Shown one piece after another: positions 38,597 to 48,041 of a stretch of 55,029 bases of DNA. A program made the translations under genes and the position numbers. The notes below the pieces were generated by a model. The model worked only from the letters and a program-made list of their open reading frames with translations, was not told the DNA's origin and ran no database searches. The DNA comes from Prosthecobacter sp. (GTDB lineage Bacteria > Verrucomicrobiota > Verrucomicrobiia > Verrucomicrobiales > Verrucomicrobiaceae): contig JBILPY010000001.1 in the NCBI GenBank assembly GCA_044373575.1, positions 1 to 55,029 of the forward strand, written 5' to 3'. Each line of letters begins with the position of its first letter. The stretch's first letter is position 1.

Positions 38597-39100
38597 ATGC
38601 CAAAACCAACACCTGCCGCCACTCCCTACACCGCTGTCTTCTCACCCTGCCGCCTCTACCGCTATGAGTGGTGGAGCCGCTGGAGTGACGGGCCGTATTG
38701 CTTGTTCATTGGATTGAATCCCTCGACGGCGGATGAGCTGCAGGATGATCCGACGGTGAAGCGCTGCATCGACTATGCGAAGCGCTGGGGGTATGGCGCA
38801 GTGTGCATGGTGAATCTCTTCGCCTGGAGGGCGACTGACCCTGAAGAGATGAAGAAGCAGCCTGATCCGGTGGGACCAGACAATGACACGACACTTGCCC
38901 GGTTGGCGAAGAATGCGGGCATCGTGCTCGCTGCCTGGGGAACGCATGGTGCACACCGAGGCCGGGGCAGGGCGGTGCTCTCGATGGTGCATGGTCTGCA
39001 CGCTCTTTCGCTGAATCAGGACGGCTCGCCGGGGCACCCACTCTATCTCAAGGCTGAACTCCAACCCTTTGCTCTCAACGATTCCAAACCATGCGCTTAA
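38597..39100 (+). CDS. DUF1643 domain protein
   Basis: YRY..R.W, FIGLNPSTAD..DDPT..RC..A..WGYG...NLFA.RATDP, AAWG, P.HPLY. Confidence 0.9.
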   Translation: MPKPTPAATPYTAVFSPCRLYRYEWWSRWSDGPYCLFIGLNPSTADELQDDPTVKRCIDYAKRWGYGAVCMVNLFAWRATDPEEMKKQPDPVGPDNDTTLARLAKNAGIVLAAWGTHGAHRGRGRAVLSMVHGLHALSLNQDGSPGHPLYLKAELQPFALNDSKPCA

Positions 39101-39579
39101 CCTCCATCTTCTTCGACCTCGACGAAACTCTGATTCACTCGGTGCTGGCTGAAGGGAGTGCGGGGACGTGCCCTGCGGACGCTGCGGTCTTTGGCCCCTA
39201 TCATTCATGGCTGCGTCCTTGCGCTTTGGATCTTCTCAAAGCTGCTCGCTCGACGGGTGTGGCGACGTTTCTCTGCACAACCTCCGAAAGGCGCTATGCC
39301 AGCGGATTGTCGAAGCTGTTTGGCCTCGGCTTTGCCGAAAAGGACATCCTTGGTTACGAACATCTCACGTCGGGCCAGACCCGCCTCGCCCCCGGTGGTG
39401 TGCTGATTGATGACCTGGAGCCGGAGCACGAAATCGCACAGTTCAAACAGCAGGTGCTGGGTATTGGCACCGAGCGCTACTGCCAGCTTCCCGCCTTTCG
39501 TGGACACCCCACAGATGATGAGACCGAGGTGATTCAAACACTGCATGCCTTCCTTCGCTCCTTCCGCACCGCCCGATGA
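39091..39579 (+). CDS. HAD-superfamily phosphatase, NIF/FCP1-like
   Basis: FFDLDETLIHS, LRP, CTT...YA, VLIDD. Confidence 0.8.
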   Translation: MRLTSIFFDLDETLIHSVLAEGSAGTCPADAAVFGPYHSWLRPCALDLLKAARSTGVATFLCTTSERRYASGLSKLFGLGFAEKDILGYEHLTSGQTRLAPGGVLIDDLEPEHEIAQFKQQVLGIGTERYCQLPAFRGHPTDDETEVIQTLHAFLRSFRTAR

Positions 39580-40577
39580 TCGCCACCGCTATGCCTCCTC
39601 AACTCCAAAGCCTGCACTGCCCCGCCTGCGGTCACCCCGGCGGTGACATCGTGGGCGAACATGCCTTTGGTGCGAAGATCCACTGCCGCGCCTGCGGCAC
39701 CACATCTGCACTGGTCACGAACCGGCAGGTGCATGTGCAAAAGACGGGCGACCGCGCCTGCGGAGACTGCGGGCGGATCAATCCACTGCGCACGCGGTTC
39801 TGCCAGTGCGGGCGTGATCTACAGCGGGAATGCCGTCGATGCAGGGAGGCCTTTTGTTGTGATGACAAGGTTTGTCCTCACTGCGGGTGGGATCATGATC
39901 CTAGCCTGGACGGTGAAGAGGTGATGAATCAACGAGCCGCAGCCCTGAATGAGGCTCTGGATCAGCGGCGCTACCAGGGCTTGGGCCGGTTGGAAGAGGA
40001 TATTCTCACCGCCTTCCTGCAACGGAAGTCCCTGACCCAGTCCGCCGAACGCGCCTTGAAGCGGTTGCTTCTCAGCGTTTATGAACACGGTCACACCTGC
40101 GGCCAGATGAATCGCTGGAATGATGAGCCGGGCATGGCGGAGGTGGACCGCTGGCGCTGGCGAGTAGAGATGATCCATGAACGTCGAGAGCAGTTGGCGG
40201 ACGCGCTCGAACCGGGTGGAGTCTTGATCGTTCCGTCTTGGGCGGGCAGTGAAGATCGCGTGCTCGACCGGCTCGCTGGGAGCAGCTCATCTGAGTTGAA
40301 TCCAAGTTGGATCTCCTTAGCGGCCGGGATTTTCCTCTGGATTCAGCTAACCAACATGGACTTGCCGCGTTGGGGCTTTCTTCTCGCCGTGATCTTGTCC
40401 GCCCTGGCGGTTGTCTTCCACAATCAAGGCCAAGGGTCCCTCACCGAAAAACTGAAACAGGCCCAAGCCGCCGCTGAAACTCAGTGGCAGGCGTGGTTGA
40501 ACGAATACGACATCCCGCCCCGCCCATCCAGCACCTCCCCCAACACACTCGCGACGTCATCCTCTGAAAACAGATGA
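39576..40577 (+). CDS. Multi-zinc-ribbon membrane protein
   Basis: CPAC, CRAC, CGDC, CQC, CRRC, CPHC in the N-terminal third; two hydrophobic helices near the C-terminus. Confidence 0.7.
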   Translation: MIATAMPPQLQSLHCPACGHPGGDIVGEHAFGAKIHCRACGTTSALVTNRQVHVQKTGDRACGDCGRINPLRTRFCQCGRDLQRECRRCREAFCCDDKVCPHCGWDHDPSLDGEEVMNQRAAALNEALDQRRYQGLGRLEEDILTAFLQRKSLTQSAERALKRLLLSVYEHGHTCGQMNRWNDEPGMAEVDRWRWRVEMIHERREQLADALEPGGVLIVPSWAGSEDRVLDRLAGSSSSELNPSWISLAAGIFLWIQLTNMDLPRWGFLLAVILSALAVVFHNQGQGSLTEKLKQAQAAAETQWQAWLNEYDIPPRPSSTSPNTLATSSSENR

Positions 40578-41410
40578 ATTCGACTCTCGATACCATTGCG
40601 CCTTTGCTCACTTCGCTCTCACCCCTGGAGGTGGAACGTGGCCTTGCACTACTAAAGGAGGCGGCGTCTCCGGTCATCTATGAAAAGCTTCTGGAAGGAC
40701 TGAAGCTTCCACAGGAGCAGGAACGCTGGACTCTTCACAGTTTCCATCTGAGCCCAAATCTTGCTTGCGAAACTGATGATCAGAAGGCGGCAGCTCGGTT
40801 GGCAGTCATGCGCGCCACAATAGAAGCGGAGGTCAGTTCACCGGCTTTGGATGCTTACCGCAGCGCGCTAAGGTCTATCAAAAGGCTGGTTCTCCATATG
40901 CCACCCCTGTGTCAGGATGTGGGCGCATTGAGATGTCTTCCACAGCTTGAATCTTTGTTCTTGGAGGGACGGGCAGTCATTGATTTCGGCTTCTTGTCCC
41001 GTTTGGAAAGCCTCCAGGCGCTAGAGCTTCATCGATGCGACTTTCTGACGGACCTTGAACCCGTGGTATGGAATACTAACCTCCAGATCCTCAAACTGTG
41101 GCACTGCGATCACCTTCAGGAGATCGAAGCTCTGAGCAAGCTACCCAACCTGACCGAGCTTAGGCTGGACTATTGCCCAATCATGCAGGGATACAAAGTT
41201 ATCGGCTCGCTCACTCATCTGCGGGTGCTCAATATTGAGCTTGTGCCTAGAGCTGAAGAGCCCTTCCCATACGACTTGACGTGGGTGGCTATGCTGGGCG
41301 TGGAGGACCCCGAAAATCGGTTCAGTGGTAAAAAAGTTTCGAGTTTATGGTGCCGAAGGCTTGAGAGTGACAACCCAAACACTCCAGAACCAAGTGAAAG
41401 CCAAAAATGA
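40574..41410 (+). CDS. Leucine-rich repeat protein
   Basis: About five LxxLxxLxL repeats (LPQLESLFL, LESLQALEL, NLQILKL, LPNLTELRL, LTHLRVLNI). Confidence 0.8.
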   Translation: MNSTLDTIAPLLTSLSPLEVERGLALLKEAASPVIYEKLLEGLKLPQEQERWTLHSFHLSPNLACETDDQKAAARLAVMRATIEAEVSSPALDAYRSALRSIKRLVLHMPPLCQDVGALRCLPQLESLFLEGRAVIDFGFLSRLESLQALELHRCDFLTDLEPVVWNTNLQILKLWHCDHLQEIEALSKLPNLTELRLDYCPIMQGYKVIGSLTHLRVLNIELVPRAEEPFPYDLTWVAMLGVEDPENRFSGKKVSSLWCRRLESDNPNTPEPSESQK

Positions 41411-41904
41411 GTCCATTCACTCCTCTGGTCTTACAGCGCTCACGCCAGGGGCGGCCCATCAAGGAACGTCAGGCCGAAGCGCCAGTGCCGGGCATATGCT
41501 TCATCGTGCGTTATCCCACAGGCTGGGTTCCTTTGACCTGGGTTTATGAGTCTGGTTTCCCACCCATGGATCATCCAGAGTTCTGGGAACACCACGCGGT
41601 GCCCATTTTGGCGGCGAAGTGGGCTGCTGACAGGAAGACAACACCGGCTCGGCTTGAAGAGTCCCTGCGTCTCCACACCTATGCCTTTCCCCGTGGCCGC
41701 ATCACCATACACAAGGGCCAAACCCGCGTGCTGCACGGCTCGGACGTCATTCCTCAAATGCGCTTGAGCAGGGCTGCTATCGAATCGGAGTTCAACCTCG
41801 TCGAGCCTCTGTGGGAAGACGATGAACACGAGCACTGCCACGAAGATGGTAAAGAGGCTGTGCGGTGGCTTCCGAGCATCAAAGAGGACTGGCCTGCTGT
41901 TTAG
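41407..41904 (+). CDS. Hypothetical protein
   Basis: 165-aa ORF with ATGA overlap; H..FW, YAFPRGRI and DEHEHCH motifs; family not named. Confidence 0.65.
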   Translation: MSPFTPLVLQRSRQGRPIKERQAEAPVPGICFIVRYPTGWVPLTWVYESGFPPMDHPEFWEHHAVPILAAKWAADRKTTPARLEESLRLHTYAFPRGRITIHKGQTRVLHGSDVIPQMRLSRAAIESEFNLVEPLWEDDEHEHCHEDGKEAVRWLPSIKEDWPAV

Positions 41905-41930
41905 AACAACGGAGCGATTTCATGCGCCAG

Positions 41931-41946
41931 CTTTCCCTTGCGAAAA
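41931..41946 (+). repeat. Right copy of the 16-bp direct repeat, in the glyS upstream region
   Basis: CTTTCCCTTGCGAAAA, identical to 36647-36662. Confidence 0.7.
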
Positions 41947-41995
41947 GACCCCTCTAGCGCTCCCTTCGCGCCCCCTTGCCGGAGGCACTCCAGCT

Positions 41996-42028
41996 TTCGT
42001 CATTCGTCATTCCCAAATTCGTCATTCC
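41996..42028. repeat. Short TTCGTCATT repeats in the glyS leader
   Basis: ttcgtcattcgtcattcc-caaa-ttcgtcattcc. Confidence 0.6.
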
Positions 42029-42034
42029 ACCACC

Positions 42035-43816
42035 ATGTCCACCGACGCCAAGAACCCTATCGCGCAAATGGAGAAGATCGTTTCTCTCTGCAAGCGCCGC
42101 GGCTTTATCTTTCAAAGCAGCGAGATCTACGGCGGCTGCGGCGGCATCTGGGACTACGGCCCGCTCGGTGCCGAGCTGAAGCGCAACCTGCGCACCGCCT
42201 GGTGGAACACCATGACCCGCGAGCGTGAAGACGTGCTCGGCCTCGATGCCTGCATCCTCATGAACCCCGCCATCTGGAAAGCCAGCGGCCATGTGGATAC
42301 CTTCGCCGACCTCATGCGCGAGTGCTCGCTGACGAACAAACGCGTGCGTGCTGACCACGTCGATCCGCAGTCCGGCACTGTGCTGAAATACAGCGGCGCT
42401 CAATCCCCCACCGGCTGGCGCTGGGATCGCACCATCACCGCGCTGACCAAAAGCGGCGAGCACATCGAAAGCTTCCGCAAACGCATCCGCGCCCTCATTG
42501 CCCAAAACGCAGGTGAATCCGCTGGCAAGCCCGAGGAGATCGAGTTGCTGAATGAAGAGAAGATCGACACCGTGAGTGGCAGCGTCGATTTCCATCCTGA
42601 AACCGGCGGCATCCTCGGCGAGGCGCGTCCCTTCAATCTCATGCTCAAGACCTACCTCGGCCCCACCGCGACCGAGGCTGACGTCACCTACCTGCGCCCC
42701 GAAACCGCCCAGGCCATCTTTGCGCAGTTCAAGAACGTCTTCGACTCCAGCCGCGTGAAGGTGCCCTTCGGCATCGGCCAGATCGGCAAAGCTTTCCGCA
42801 ACGAAGTCACGCCGAAGAACTTCACCTTCCGCAGCCGCGAGTTCGAGCAGATGGAGCTCGAGTTCTTCATCAAGCCCGACGAAGCCGTCGAGATCATCAG
42901 CGGCGAGGTCGCGAAGTGGCATGAAGGCGCTGATTTGAGCGAACCGCAGCCCAATTGGGGCTGGGAGCTGTGGCACCGCTACTGGGTTGATCAGCGCACG
43001 AAATTCTATGAAGGCATCGGCCTCGGTGGCGTGCTGGAATACTACTGGCAGACGCCGGAGGACCTCGCCCACTACGCCCGTGCTTGTGTGGACATCCTCT
43101 GCGAGTTCCCCTTTGGAACCGAAGAGCTGGAAGGCATCGCCGCCCGTGGCGACTTCGACCTTTCCGCGCATCAAAACGCCAGCGGCAAGACCCAGGAAGT
43201 CTTCGACGAAGACCTCAAAAACGCCGCCGCCAAGCTCACCGACGAGCAGAAGGAAGCCCTCATCCAGAAGCGTCTCGCCGCCGAAGCTGCCAAGACCAAG
43301 GGCCAGCCTCTGCCCGAAGCCGCCGTCCGTGCTTGGTTCGAGCGCCTCTTCAAAGGCAGCTACGTCCCCCACGTCATCGAGCCCTCCGCCGGTCTCGACC
43401 GCATGGCGCTGGCCGTCATCGCCAAAGCTTTTGAAGAGGCCGAGAAAGTCGATGAAAAGGGCAAGAAGGAAGTCCTCACCGTCCTCCGCTTCCACCCGCG
43501 CGTGGCCCCGATCAAAGTCGGCGTCTTCCCGCTGCTGAAGAACCGCCCTGAAATCGTCGCCAAAGCCCGTGAAGTCTATGCCCTGCTGAAGAAGCACATG
43601 AACTGCTTCTACGACGAGACCGCCAGCATCGGCCGCCGGTACGCCCGCCAGGACGAAGTCGGCACGCCCTTCGGCATCACCATCGACTTCGACACCCTCG
43701 GCGAAAAAGGCCCCGAACTGCTCGACACCGTCACCCTCCGCCACCGCGACAGCAACGAGCAGGAGCGCGTGAAGATCAGCGACCTGCTCGGGAAGCTGCT
43801 GCCGCTGGTGTCATAG
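42035..43816 (+). CDS. glyS: Glycine--tRNA ligase, homodimeric (alpha2) type
   Basis: KRRGFIFQSSEIYGG, DYGPLG.ELK, ASGHV, YLRPETAQ, GKAFRNE, REFEQME, LAHYA, VIEPSAG.DR, SIGRRY.RQDEVGTP. Confidence 0.97.
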   Translation: MSTDAKNPIAQMEKIVSLCKRRGFIFQSSEIYGGCGGIWDYGPLGAELKRNLRTAWWNTMTREREDVLGLDACILMNPAIWKASGHVDTFADLMRECSLTNKRVRADHVDPQSGTVLKYSGAQSPTGWRWDRTITALTKSGEHIESFRKRIRALIAQNAGESAGKPEEIELLNEEKIDTVSGSVDFHPETGGILGEARPFNLMLKTYLGPTATEADVTYLRPETAQAIFAQFKNVFDSSRVKVPFGIGQIGKAFRNEVTPKNFTFRSREFEQMELEFFIKPDEAVEIISGEVAKWHEGADLSEPQPNWGWELWHRYWVDQRTKFYEGIGLGGVLEYYWQTPEDLAHYARACVDILCEFPFGTEELEGIAARGDFDLSAHQNASGKTQEVFDEDLKNAAAKLTDEQKEALIQKRLAAEAAKTKGQPLPEAAVRAWFERLFKGSYVPHVIEPSAGLDRMALAVIAKAFEEAEKVDEKGKKEVLTVLRFHPRVAPIKVGVFPLLKNRPEIVAKAREVYALLKKHMNCFYDETASIGRRYARQDEVGTPFGITIDFDTLGEKGPELLDTVTLRHRDSNEQERVKISDLLGKLLPLVS

Positions 43817-43836
43817 AAGAACGCGCGCATCATCCG

Positions 43837-43863
43837 TCTGCCCGGGCCTCAGGCTCGGGCAGA
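43837..43863. terminator. GC-rich hairpin after glyS (possible terminator or stabiliser)
   Basis: TCTGCCCGGGCC-tca-GGCTCGGGCAGA, 12-bp stem with one G-U pair; no U-tract follows. Confidence 0.4.
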
Positions 43864-44064
43864 AAATAGTCCTGCTGGCGAGAAGAAGTGAGTCTGCGGA
43901 CCGGACGAACGAGAACCAACAGAACGTCACCAGACCGACTCAGGTGAGCTGACGCGATTGAGGAGAGCTGGCTTGATTCGTGACGTGGGATTGCGGGAGG
44001 CAACGGAGGCGGTTCATTGGAATATTGCGTTCAGATGTCGTTTCGACATACTCTCACGCATGTC

Positions 44065-44376
44065 ATGATCATTCTTGCCTCCGACTTCACCAGCTTCTTC
44101 GAAGCGCTGCTTTGGTGGGCGGTGAACGGCTTCTACTCCGTCATGCTGTTGATCACTGGAATCAGCCTCATCGGACGCAAAGGAACAAAATCGAATGATG
44201 ATCTCACCCGTTCACTGGTTCTCGGTGGCATTGTTCTATTGTTCGCTCTCGCTCTATTGGCCTGGCAACTTCTAGGCAGAACTCATCCCGAGTGGGTGGA
44301 TTTTCGGTTCTTCGCTGTCGTGTCAGCCTCGCTTTGGTCCCTGGCATTGCTGCTTCGCTGGTATCAGCGCCGATAG
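44065..44376 (+). CDS. Small hypothetical membrane protein (about 3 TM)
   Basis: Three hydrophobic stretches; start uncertain. Confidence 0.55.
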   Translation: MIILASDFTSFFEALLWWAVNGFYSVMLLITGISLIGRKGTKSNDDLTRSLVLGGIVLLFALALLAWQLLGRTHPEWVDFRFFAVVSASLWSLALLLRWYQRR

Positions 44377-44380
44377 CTAT

Positions 44381-47300
44381 CTACTTCACCGCCACACCCG
44401 CCGCCTTCCGAATCTTCATCAGCATCGGGAAGCTCGTCTGCAAGGTGGCGCTGTCGTGCTCGCTGCGGGCGCTGCTGAGGGCGGCGTGGATGAGAGTGTC
44501 CTGATTTTGGACCCAGTTGGCGGCGCGGAAAAAGATAGGGCGTTCGTTTTCTTTTTCGCGGATCTGCACGCCGTTAAGGCCGATATCATCGACGATGACG
44601 CCGTGCGGCAGGCCATGCACGTCGAGGTTAATGAGGCCGTCGTTGCCCTGACGCACGGCGCGAATCCATGCCTTTACGGTCTGGCCGGGGACGAGAGTGA
44701 TTTCGAGAGGCTTGGTCTCGTCTTTGATCTCGCGCATGACGGCTTTGCCACCGTTGTCGGGCTCCATGACGATGATGAACTTCGGCGCGGCACCGAGCGT
44801 GACTTTGCCGAAGGTTCCGGCGTCGTGCGTGATGCTTTTGCCCTTCGCGGTGATCTTGAGCTTGCTCCAATCGGCATCCGCTTTGGCATCGGGCGCGGCA
44901 TGGAGTGAGCCGCTGATCAAATCATGCCCCGCTTCGATGATGAGCGGCGACGAGGCGTAATAACCGGTGGGCAGGCCGGTGATGTCGATCTGGATGGGAT
45001 CATCGAAGTCATCGACACGATCGGCGCGGAAGGAGAAGCCAATGGAGGCTCCGGGCATGACGGTGGGGTTCGCGCCGGCGAGTTTGACGCTGAAGTCGGG
45101 CTTCGGCTCGCGGATGGTGAGGGCATAGACAAAACGCTCGCCGCTCCAGCCGCGTGTGTCGGTGACTTTGACGACGTAACGGTCATCGGCAGGCGCGGTG
45201 AAGGTGAGGCGCGAGTCGCTGCCGAGCTTGCGGTCGCCGCTGTCGTCGTTGGAGTAGTTCAGCGTGAAGACGGGCAGTCCATTCGGCACGATCTGACTGC
45301 CGATGGGCCGTGGCTCGACGACGTAGCAGGGTTCGTCGAGCGAGTGAGAGGTGGCGCTGGTGTCGAAGTAGGCGCGGCGTTTGCCGCCGTTGATGTAGAA
45401 GAAGCAGCCGCCATCCGGCCCGCGCGGCATGCGCACGATCTTCATCACGTCGCCATTGAAATAGACGAACTCGTTCAGCTCCATCTCCTCCCAGTTTTGC
45501 AGGCGGATGTCCGGGTTGTTGGCATCGACGCTGCGGAAGTTGTTGTAACTGTCACGCACGGCCTGGAGTTGCACGCGCGGCACGGGCTCTCCTTTCGCGT
45601 CGAGGATGTCGAGCTTGGTGTCGGCAGGTGAGCCTGCCAGCGCGGAGAGGGTCTCGATGATCCACGTCTGGCCTTTTTTGGCGTCGAAAGCGAAGTGATC
45701 GGTGTCGGCGACAGCTTGCTTCATGAGTCTGCCATTCACTGTTGAGGGCAAAGTCACGACCTGCGCCGTCTTCACGTCGTCATTGCCTTCTTTTTCTGCG
45801 ATCTGCGTCAGTCCGCTCACACGCAGCACCGGCATCGAGCGAAAACGCAAGGCCTTCACATCAAGCGGCACGTTGATCATGCCTTCTTTGTCGGGCTTCA
45901 TCATCACATTGGCTTTGTCGCCGAGATGATGGCCGATGAGCGTGACTTTGGTGTCCTGGCCGATCTGCGCGGCGAGTGGCGACCACGCGGTCACATATGG
46001 CAAGGTGCCGATGGTGAGGCGATAGATGTGATTCGCGCTGCCATCCATCGTCGTGTTGCTCACGAGCACGATGTAGTCGCCATCGGCAGGTGCTTTCCAT
46101 GCAAGGAACGGATCGCTGCCGCTGTCGAGACCGCGATTCACCGCGAGCACCGTGTGGTTCGTATCCATGATCTCCAGCGCCGGCGATTTCGCCGTGCTGC
46201 CGACCTGCGCGGCGGCAAGATCGAGCACGAGTTCCTCGCCTGCCTTTGCGTGGATGCGATACGCGTCGTGCTGGCCGATCTCCATCAGGGTGCCCCATAG
46301 ACTGGCGGGCAATTTGGCGACAACGACCGGCGCAGCTTTGAAATCAGCGGCGGTGGAAGTCGTGGGCGCGATGTCATCGGCATAGAGTTTCACTTTCTCC
46401 GTCTCGCCCTGAGCTGTGCGAGCGGAGACTTCATAACCACCACGCGGCAGGTCAGCGGGCACTTTGATTTTGAACACGAGCTTCGTCGGCGAACTGGCGG
46501 CGGCATCAATGGTAGGTTTGAGACGTGCATCGGCGAACTGCACCGTGGCATTCGCGAGTTCTTTGCCGGTGATGATCAACTGCTGCTCCATGCCGTTGTG
46601 CAAACCGCGTGGCGTGATGGTTGTGATCGTTGGTTTGGCAGCCATCGCGGCCTTTTTCGCGGCGACTGGCTTGGCTGGCGCGGGTGCCATCACGGCCTTG
46701 CCCGTGGTGGATTCATAGACGCTGAGGCTGCCATCGATGCGACCGGCGACGAGCTGCGCTTTGTCGGTGAAGGCGAGCGCGGAGGACCAGTCGGGTTGTT
46801 TTTCGAGCGGGATTTTTTCGGTGAGATCGGCGGTGCTCCAGAGCTTGAGCGACTTGTCGGTCGAGGTGGAAGCGAGCAGTTTGCCGTCGAGCGACAACGC
46901 GAGCCGCAGGATGCCGCCTTCATGCGCAAAGCGACTGATAACGATCTTGTTCGTGCCTTCCTTGGCATCGGCGCTGATGTTCCAAAGGCGGATGCGATTG
47001 TCGGAACCGGCGGCGAAGAGCTGCTTGCCATCGGCGCTGAATACGACGCTCGTCTGCTCCTTCGTCGGCTGCGAAAGCGTCTCGAGTCGCTGGCCAGTCG
47101 GGATGCTCCAGAGCTTCACCGTGCGGTCCGCGCTGGCGCTGGCGAGCACCTTGCCATCAGGGCGGAAAGAGAGACCGTTCACCGCGCCGTTGTGGCCTTT
47201 GAGCAGCGCGACTTCTTTGCCCGTCGCTGTGTCCCAGAGGCGGATTTTTTGATCGTAGGCTCCGGTGGCGATCAATTTGCCATCGGGCGAAACAGCGAGC

Positions 47301-48007
47301 GCATACGCGGCATCAAGATGACCTTCAAAGGACTGCTGCAAGGTGCCGTCGCTCGTCTTCCAGCGCTTCACCTCGCCCACGATGCCCGCTTCGCCGCCTG
47401 CGGCATACACGGCGTCGCCATCCGGGGAAAACGCGACCGCGTTGGCCTTGCCTTTGATGCCCGTGAGCTTGCGAATCACCGCCCGCGTGACCGGATTGAG
47501 CAACTCGACCTCGCCGTAACGTCCCACCGCAATGAGCTGCACCTTTGGCGAAAACGCCACCGCCTGGATCGACCGTTTCGGCGGCACGGTTGGCATGATC
47601 TTCGGCGTGATGACCTCCTTCGGCATCGGCTTGCCTTCCGCGATGATCGGACCTTTCGCGCCTGCATCGATCCACGCTTTGATCAGCGCGATCTCCTCCG
47701 GCTTCAGCTTCTCACGCTTGCCCGGCGGCATGAATTCGTTCTTCCCACCGCGACCCGAGCGGCCTTCGAGAAACTTCACCAACAGCGACTCGTCCGCCTT
47801 CCCCGCCACAATCGCCGCGCCCTCCTCGCCGCCCTTCATGAGCGCCGCAAAGGTGTCCAACGCGAACTCCCCATCCGCGTCGTCCGCGCTGTGGCAGTCG
47901 ATGCAGTAAGTGTCCCAAAGCGGGGCGATCTGCTTCGAGTAGTCCACGGTTTGGGCGTGGGTGACCGCCGTGAGCAGTGCGAGAAGAATGGGAGTGAGGA
48001 GACGCAT
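44381..48007 (-). CDS. Planctomycete-type cytochrome c domain, WD40 propeller and PPC-like repeats
   Basis: CIDCH heme motif, G.ADESLL, MPP; GH..A.SPDG..D..(I/V)RLW WD repeats; E.EGND, D.D.FAF.AKKGQ, SDSRLTFTAP. Confidence 0.9.
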   Translation of the reverse strand: MRLLTPILLALLTAVTHAQTVDYSKQIAPLWDTYCIDCHSADDADGEFALDTFAALMKGGEEGAAIVAGKADESLLVKFLEGRSGRGGKNEFMPPGKREKLKPEEIALIKAWIDAGAKGPIIAEGKPMPKEVITPKIMPTVPPKRSIQAVAFSPKVQLIAVGRYGEVELLNPVTRAVIRKLTGIKGKANAVAFSPDGDAVYAAGGEAGIVGEVKRWKTSDGTLQQSFEGHLDAAYALAVSPDGKLIATGAYDQKIRLWDTATGKEVALLKGHNGAVNGLSFRPDGKVLASASADRTVKLWSIPTGQRLETLSQPTKEQTSVVFSADGKQLFAAGSDNRIRLWNISADAKEGTNKIVISRFAHEGGILRLALSLDGKLLASTSTDKSLKLWSTADLTEKIPLEKQPDWSSALAFTDKAQLVAGRIDGSLSVYESTTGKAVMAPAPAKPVAAKKAAMAAKPTITTITPRGLHNGMEQQLIITGKELANATVQFADARLKPTIDAAASSPTKLVFKIKVPADLPRGGYEVSARTAQGETEKVKLYADDIAPTTSTAADFKAAPVVVAKLPASLWGTLMEIGQHDAYRIHAKAGEELVLDLAAAQVGSTAKSPALEIMDTNHTVLAVNRGLDSGSDPFLAWKAPADGDYIVLVSNTTMDGSANHIYRLTIGTLPYVTAWSPLAAQIGQDTKVTLIGHHLGDKANVMMKPDKEGMINVPLDVKALRFRSMPVLRVSGLTQIAEKEGNDDVKTAQVVTLPSTVNGRLMKQAVADTDHFAFDAKKGQTWIIETLSALAGSPADTKLDILDAKGEPVPRVQLQAVRDSYNNFRSVDANNPDIRLQNWEEMELNEFVYFNGDVMKIVRMPRGPDGGCFFYINGGKRRAYFDTSATSHSLDEPCYVVEPRPIGSQIVPNGLPVFTLNYSNDDSGDRKLGSDSRLTFTAPADDRYVVKVTDTRGWSGERFVYALTIREPKPDFSVKLAGANPTVMPGASIGFSFRADRVDDFDDPIQIDITGLPTGYYASSPLIIEAGHDLISGSLHAAPDAKADADWSKLKITAKGKSITHDAGTFGKVTLGAAPKFIIVMEPDNGGKAVMREIKDETKPLEITLVPGQTVKAWIRAVRQGNDGLINLDVHGLPHGVIVDDIGLNGVQIREKENERPIFFRAANWVQNQDTLIHAALSSARSEHDSATLQTSFPMLMKIRKAAGVAVK

Positions 48008-48041
48008 AGGAAGGGTGAGGTGAGGGCTGCGTGCTCGTGGT

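Larger units (their letters stand above)
36647..41946 (+). mobile_element. Putative genomic islet of seven co-oriented accessory genes bounded by direct repeats; no integrase seen
   Basis: Flanking 16-bp repeat, visibly AT-richer segments (37842-38525, 40574-41410), non-housekeeping content, position immediately upstream of glyS. Confidence 0.55.

Noticed and set aside
38564-38600. CTGATGAG followed by a stem-loop, resembling a hammerhead ribozyme core
   Set aside because: The required GAAA after stem II is absent (the sequence continues TCACC), and no matching stems I and III were found
36647-41946. Prophage or integron cassette array
   Set aside because: No phage structural genes, integrase or attC-like sites were recognised, and most genes overlap, leaving no room for attC sites
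29488-43816. Functional coupling of dtd and glyS
   Set aside because: They are 12 kb apart and divergent; ancestral adjacency cannot be shown without comparative genomes
43864-44060. Intergenic stretch after glyS as a possible tRNA or ncRNA
   Set aside because: No cloverleaf, T-loop or recognisable RNA family features; only weak pairing
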